NCBI GenBank assembly: GCA_049970895.1
Contig: JBMFMB010000010.1
Coordinates: 1 to 52,690 of the forward strand
Origin: Candidatus Bathyarchaeia archaeon
Lineage (GTDB): Archaea; Thermoproteota; Bathyarchaeia; Bathyarchaeales; Bathycorpusculaceae
Direction: 5' to 3'
Length of the DNA: 52,690 nucleotides
Part shown: positions 50,698 through 52,690 of the stretch, in pieces
Numbering within the stretch: position 1 is the stretch's first letter
Layout of the letters: the number at the start of each line of letters is the position of its first letter
Notes under the pieces: model-generated
The model's database searches: none
What the model saw: the letters and a program-made list of their open reading frames with translations, nothing else
Told to the model about the DNA's origin: nothing
Program-made: the position numbers and the translations under genes

Positions 50698-51790
50698 TGT
50701 GGCTTTCCCCCTTCCCAAAGGGTCCGAACAAGAGGCGGTGCATGTCCAGGCGCTCAATAATTTTTATGCGGTATCGGTGTTGGATGAAATGCCGCATGGC
50801 TATAACCTCGTTCGCCGTGAAAGTGCAGAGAATATGTGCCAAGCGTAAGGTTTCTGGGTAGCTCTGCGTTATCAAGTCATTTCCAATAAGCCTCTCAACA
50901 GCTTCGATTTGTTTTTCCTTTGGCACTTCCTTATCTATGTCAAGTCTGAAGGCGCAGTTCCCCCGCGTCAGTTTTGCCACGTATACTTCGCCAAGCAGAA
51001 CCGTTGGTGGTTTTGGCTTAATTTCTGGTATAGCAATTATACATGGCGGTTTTTGGGTTGACAGCATGTCTGTTATCAAGTAGCCATTAAGCCTAAGCGT
51101 TGTCATTTTTGAGAAAGCCAAAACAGTGTTTCCCGACGCCCTTGCACTTTTTAGGATTTCTTTAAGCTGGCTTGTTGGTGTGTCTGGTGTTCCAGCTGTT
51201 AATGAGCCGTCGAAGAGTATTAGTCCGCCGCTGACAGTCCTTATTAGGGTTTGTTGCAGCCACTTTTCTAGTAGGTTTGCCATCCTCATTGGTGTTTGCA
51301 TTATGTTTGGCTGGGCTTGGCTTTCGCTTTGCTCTTGAAAATAGGCGGCTTGAAGCGCCCTATAAACTTCTTTCTGGTTTTCTTCTGTTATGTGGAATAT
51401 GAAGGGTCCTATGCGTAGATAAGTGTAGCTTTTACCCCTCTTCCATATGCATGTTCCTCGGATGGCTGTTATTATCCCGGTGCTTGTTTCGCCAAGCTTT
51501 ATGCTTGATGTGTCTACTGCGGCTGTGATGGTTTCCTCTGTTTTCGGCTTTAATGTTATGGGCTTGAAAAAGCCGTTGATGTTGTTTATGACGGCGTAAG
51601 GTGGTTCTTGGCTTATGTTGTTGTTGGCTTGTTGAATTGTTTGTTGGTTTAGTTGAAGGGTTTGGTTTTGCACGTGTTTTAGCGAGTGGATGCTTAGTTC
51701 TATAAAGCGTTGGGGCAGTGTCAGGTCCATGGTTGTTTGTGGAAAATTATATTTTGGTGTTGCTGTTATAGTGTATTGTTCAATCACCAA
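50684..51790 (-). CDS. NurA-family nuclease
   Basis: AAVDTSS, LFDGSL, AFSK, FRLD and YPETLRLAH motifs; overlaps the HerA start. Confidence 0.85.
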   Translation of the reverse strand: MVIEQYTITATPKYNFPQTTMDLTLPQRFIELSIHSLKHVQNQTLQLNQQTIQQANNNISQEPPYAVINNINGFFKPITLKPKTEETITAAVDTSSIKLGETSTGIITAIRGTCIWKRGKSYTYLRIGPFIFHITEENQKEVYRALQAAYFQEQSESQAQPNIMQTPMRMANLLEKWLQQTLIRTVSGGLILFDGSLTAGTPDTPTSQLKEILKSARASGNTVLAFSKMTTLRLNGYLITDMLSTQKPPCIIAIPEIKPKPPTVLLGEVYVAKLTRGNCAFRLDIDKEVPKEKQIEAVERLIGNDLITQSYPETLRLAHILCTFTANEVIAMRHFIQHRYRIKIIERLDMHRLLFGPFGKGESHSEAL

Positions 51791-51833
51791 GATTCACCAA
51801 TATGCACTTGTTGGAGCGAAGGCTATATAAATG

Positions 51834-51856
51834 TTGTGCATGTACAAGATGCACAA
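51834..51856. promoter_or_regulatory. Operator-like perfect inverted repeat
   Basis: TTGTGCAT-N7-ATGCACAA directly downstream of TATATAAA (51824-51831) in the nurA/wHTH divergent gap. Confidence 0.55.
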
Positions 51857-51880
51857 TTCAATATTCAACAAGGTGGAAAA

Positions 51881-52285
51881 TTGACACAAAACACTACAAA
51901 ACCACCCATACGAGTAAAAATGCGAGTAGGCGAAATAGAATTCGAAATAGAATGCCAAGAAGAACAACTACAAACGGCAGTGGACCGCATACTATCAACA
52001 CTAACAGAAAAACTGAAACAAACTCCACTCATAACGGAAAGGGCAGCGGCACCGCCAAGGGCAGAAACATGCAAAGGCGTCATCCAAAAACTATGGGAGG
52101 AAGGCTGGTTCTCAACACCAAAAACTCTAAGCGAAGTCCACAGCGAAATGGCAAAACGCGGGTTCCACTACGACCGCACAGCCGTAGCCCACGCCCTCAT
52201 AGACCTAGTAAAAGAAGGCATCCTAACAAGAGACGGAAAACCACGCCGATACCAATACGCCCAAAAAAGACCACCACTGACGTAA
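51881..52285 (+). CDS. Winged-helix DNA-binding protein
   Basis: TTG start after GGTGG; C-terminal PKTLSEVH...AVAHALIDLVKEGILTRDGKPRRYQY. Confidence 0.75.
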   Translation: MTQNTTKPPIRVKMRVGEIEFEIECQEEQLQTAVDRILSTLTEKLKQTPLITERAAAPPRAETCKGVIQKLWEEGWFSTPKTLSEVHSEMAKRGFHYDRTAVAHALIDLVKEGILTRDGKPRRYQYAQKRPPLT

Positions 52286-52326
52286 GTTGAAAGGTTTTTA
52301 TATTGCAAGTTCAAAATAATGAGCAT

Positions 52327-52690
52327 ATGCCCAAAAAATTAGACTTTATCACACCGACCACGCTTAAAATCCTCTACGTTTTCCACGAAGACACAATGCG
52401 GGAACTACATGAAAGAGAGGTTGTGAGAAAAGCCAAAGTTAGTAAAGGCTCCGCCAACAAAATTCTAAGAAAGCTTTCAGAAATTGGAATCTTAAACAGG
52501 GAAAAAAGGGGAAGGATGGTTTTTTACAGACTTAACATTAAAAACGCTGTTGCAAGACAGTTTAAAGTGCTTTTTAACGTCTACTCCTTACATGATTTGG
52601 TTGAGGAAATAAAGCAAGACTGTAAAAGAATAATATTGTTTGGCAGTTGCTCCGAGGGAACAGACGTGAAAGAAAGCGACATAGACCTCT
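52327..52690 (+). CDS. HTH + minimal nucleotidyltransferase (MNT) protein, 3' partial
   Basis: Not in the ORF track. MPKKLDF...VSKGSANKILRKLSEIGIL...FYRL (HTH) followed by IILFGSCSEGTDVKESDIDL (GS..DxD). Confidence 0.85.
   Translation, partial: MPKKLDFITPTTLKILYVFHEDTMRELHEREVVRKAKVSKGSANKILRKLSEIGILNREKRGRMVFYRLNIKNAVARQFKVLFNVYSLHDLVEEIKQDCKRIILFGSCSEGTDVKESDIDL

Overview
Archaeal chromosomal window. Gene content and order suggest TACK, most likely Bathyarchaeia (inference). It is mostly housekeeping: a translation and ribosome-biogenesis block (KH/Dim2, RIO1, aIF-1A, DUF424, aIF-2beta, plus Sm and RIO2), gcvPA/gcvPB, cobO, SSB, malic enzyme, pyrG, pyrB, pyrI, pyrH, ychF, uppS, mtnP, hutH, a PadR-ABC exporter operon and tRNA-Pro(CGG). 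Several decayed genes are interspersed (radical SAM, transglutaminase-like, GNAT, EVE, an ABC fragment) and Thg1 is split by one frameshift. The most striking object is a 734-aa protein fusing a winged-HTH and an ATP-cone to a class III ribonucleotide-reductase body that lacks the glycyl-radical motif and catalytic loops; it may be a nucleotide-sensing transcription factor, and it sits beside divergent pyrB/pyrI, which share a perfect palindrome. Other notable items: an unannotated C/D-box sRNA candidate, and a stand-alone NurA-HerA pair with a divergent wHTH gene and an operator-like palindrome next to an HTH-MNT gene. No CRISPR array, rRNA or transposase was seen. All calls come from reading motifs by eye; no searches were run.
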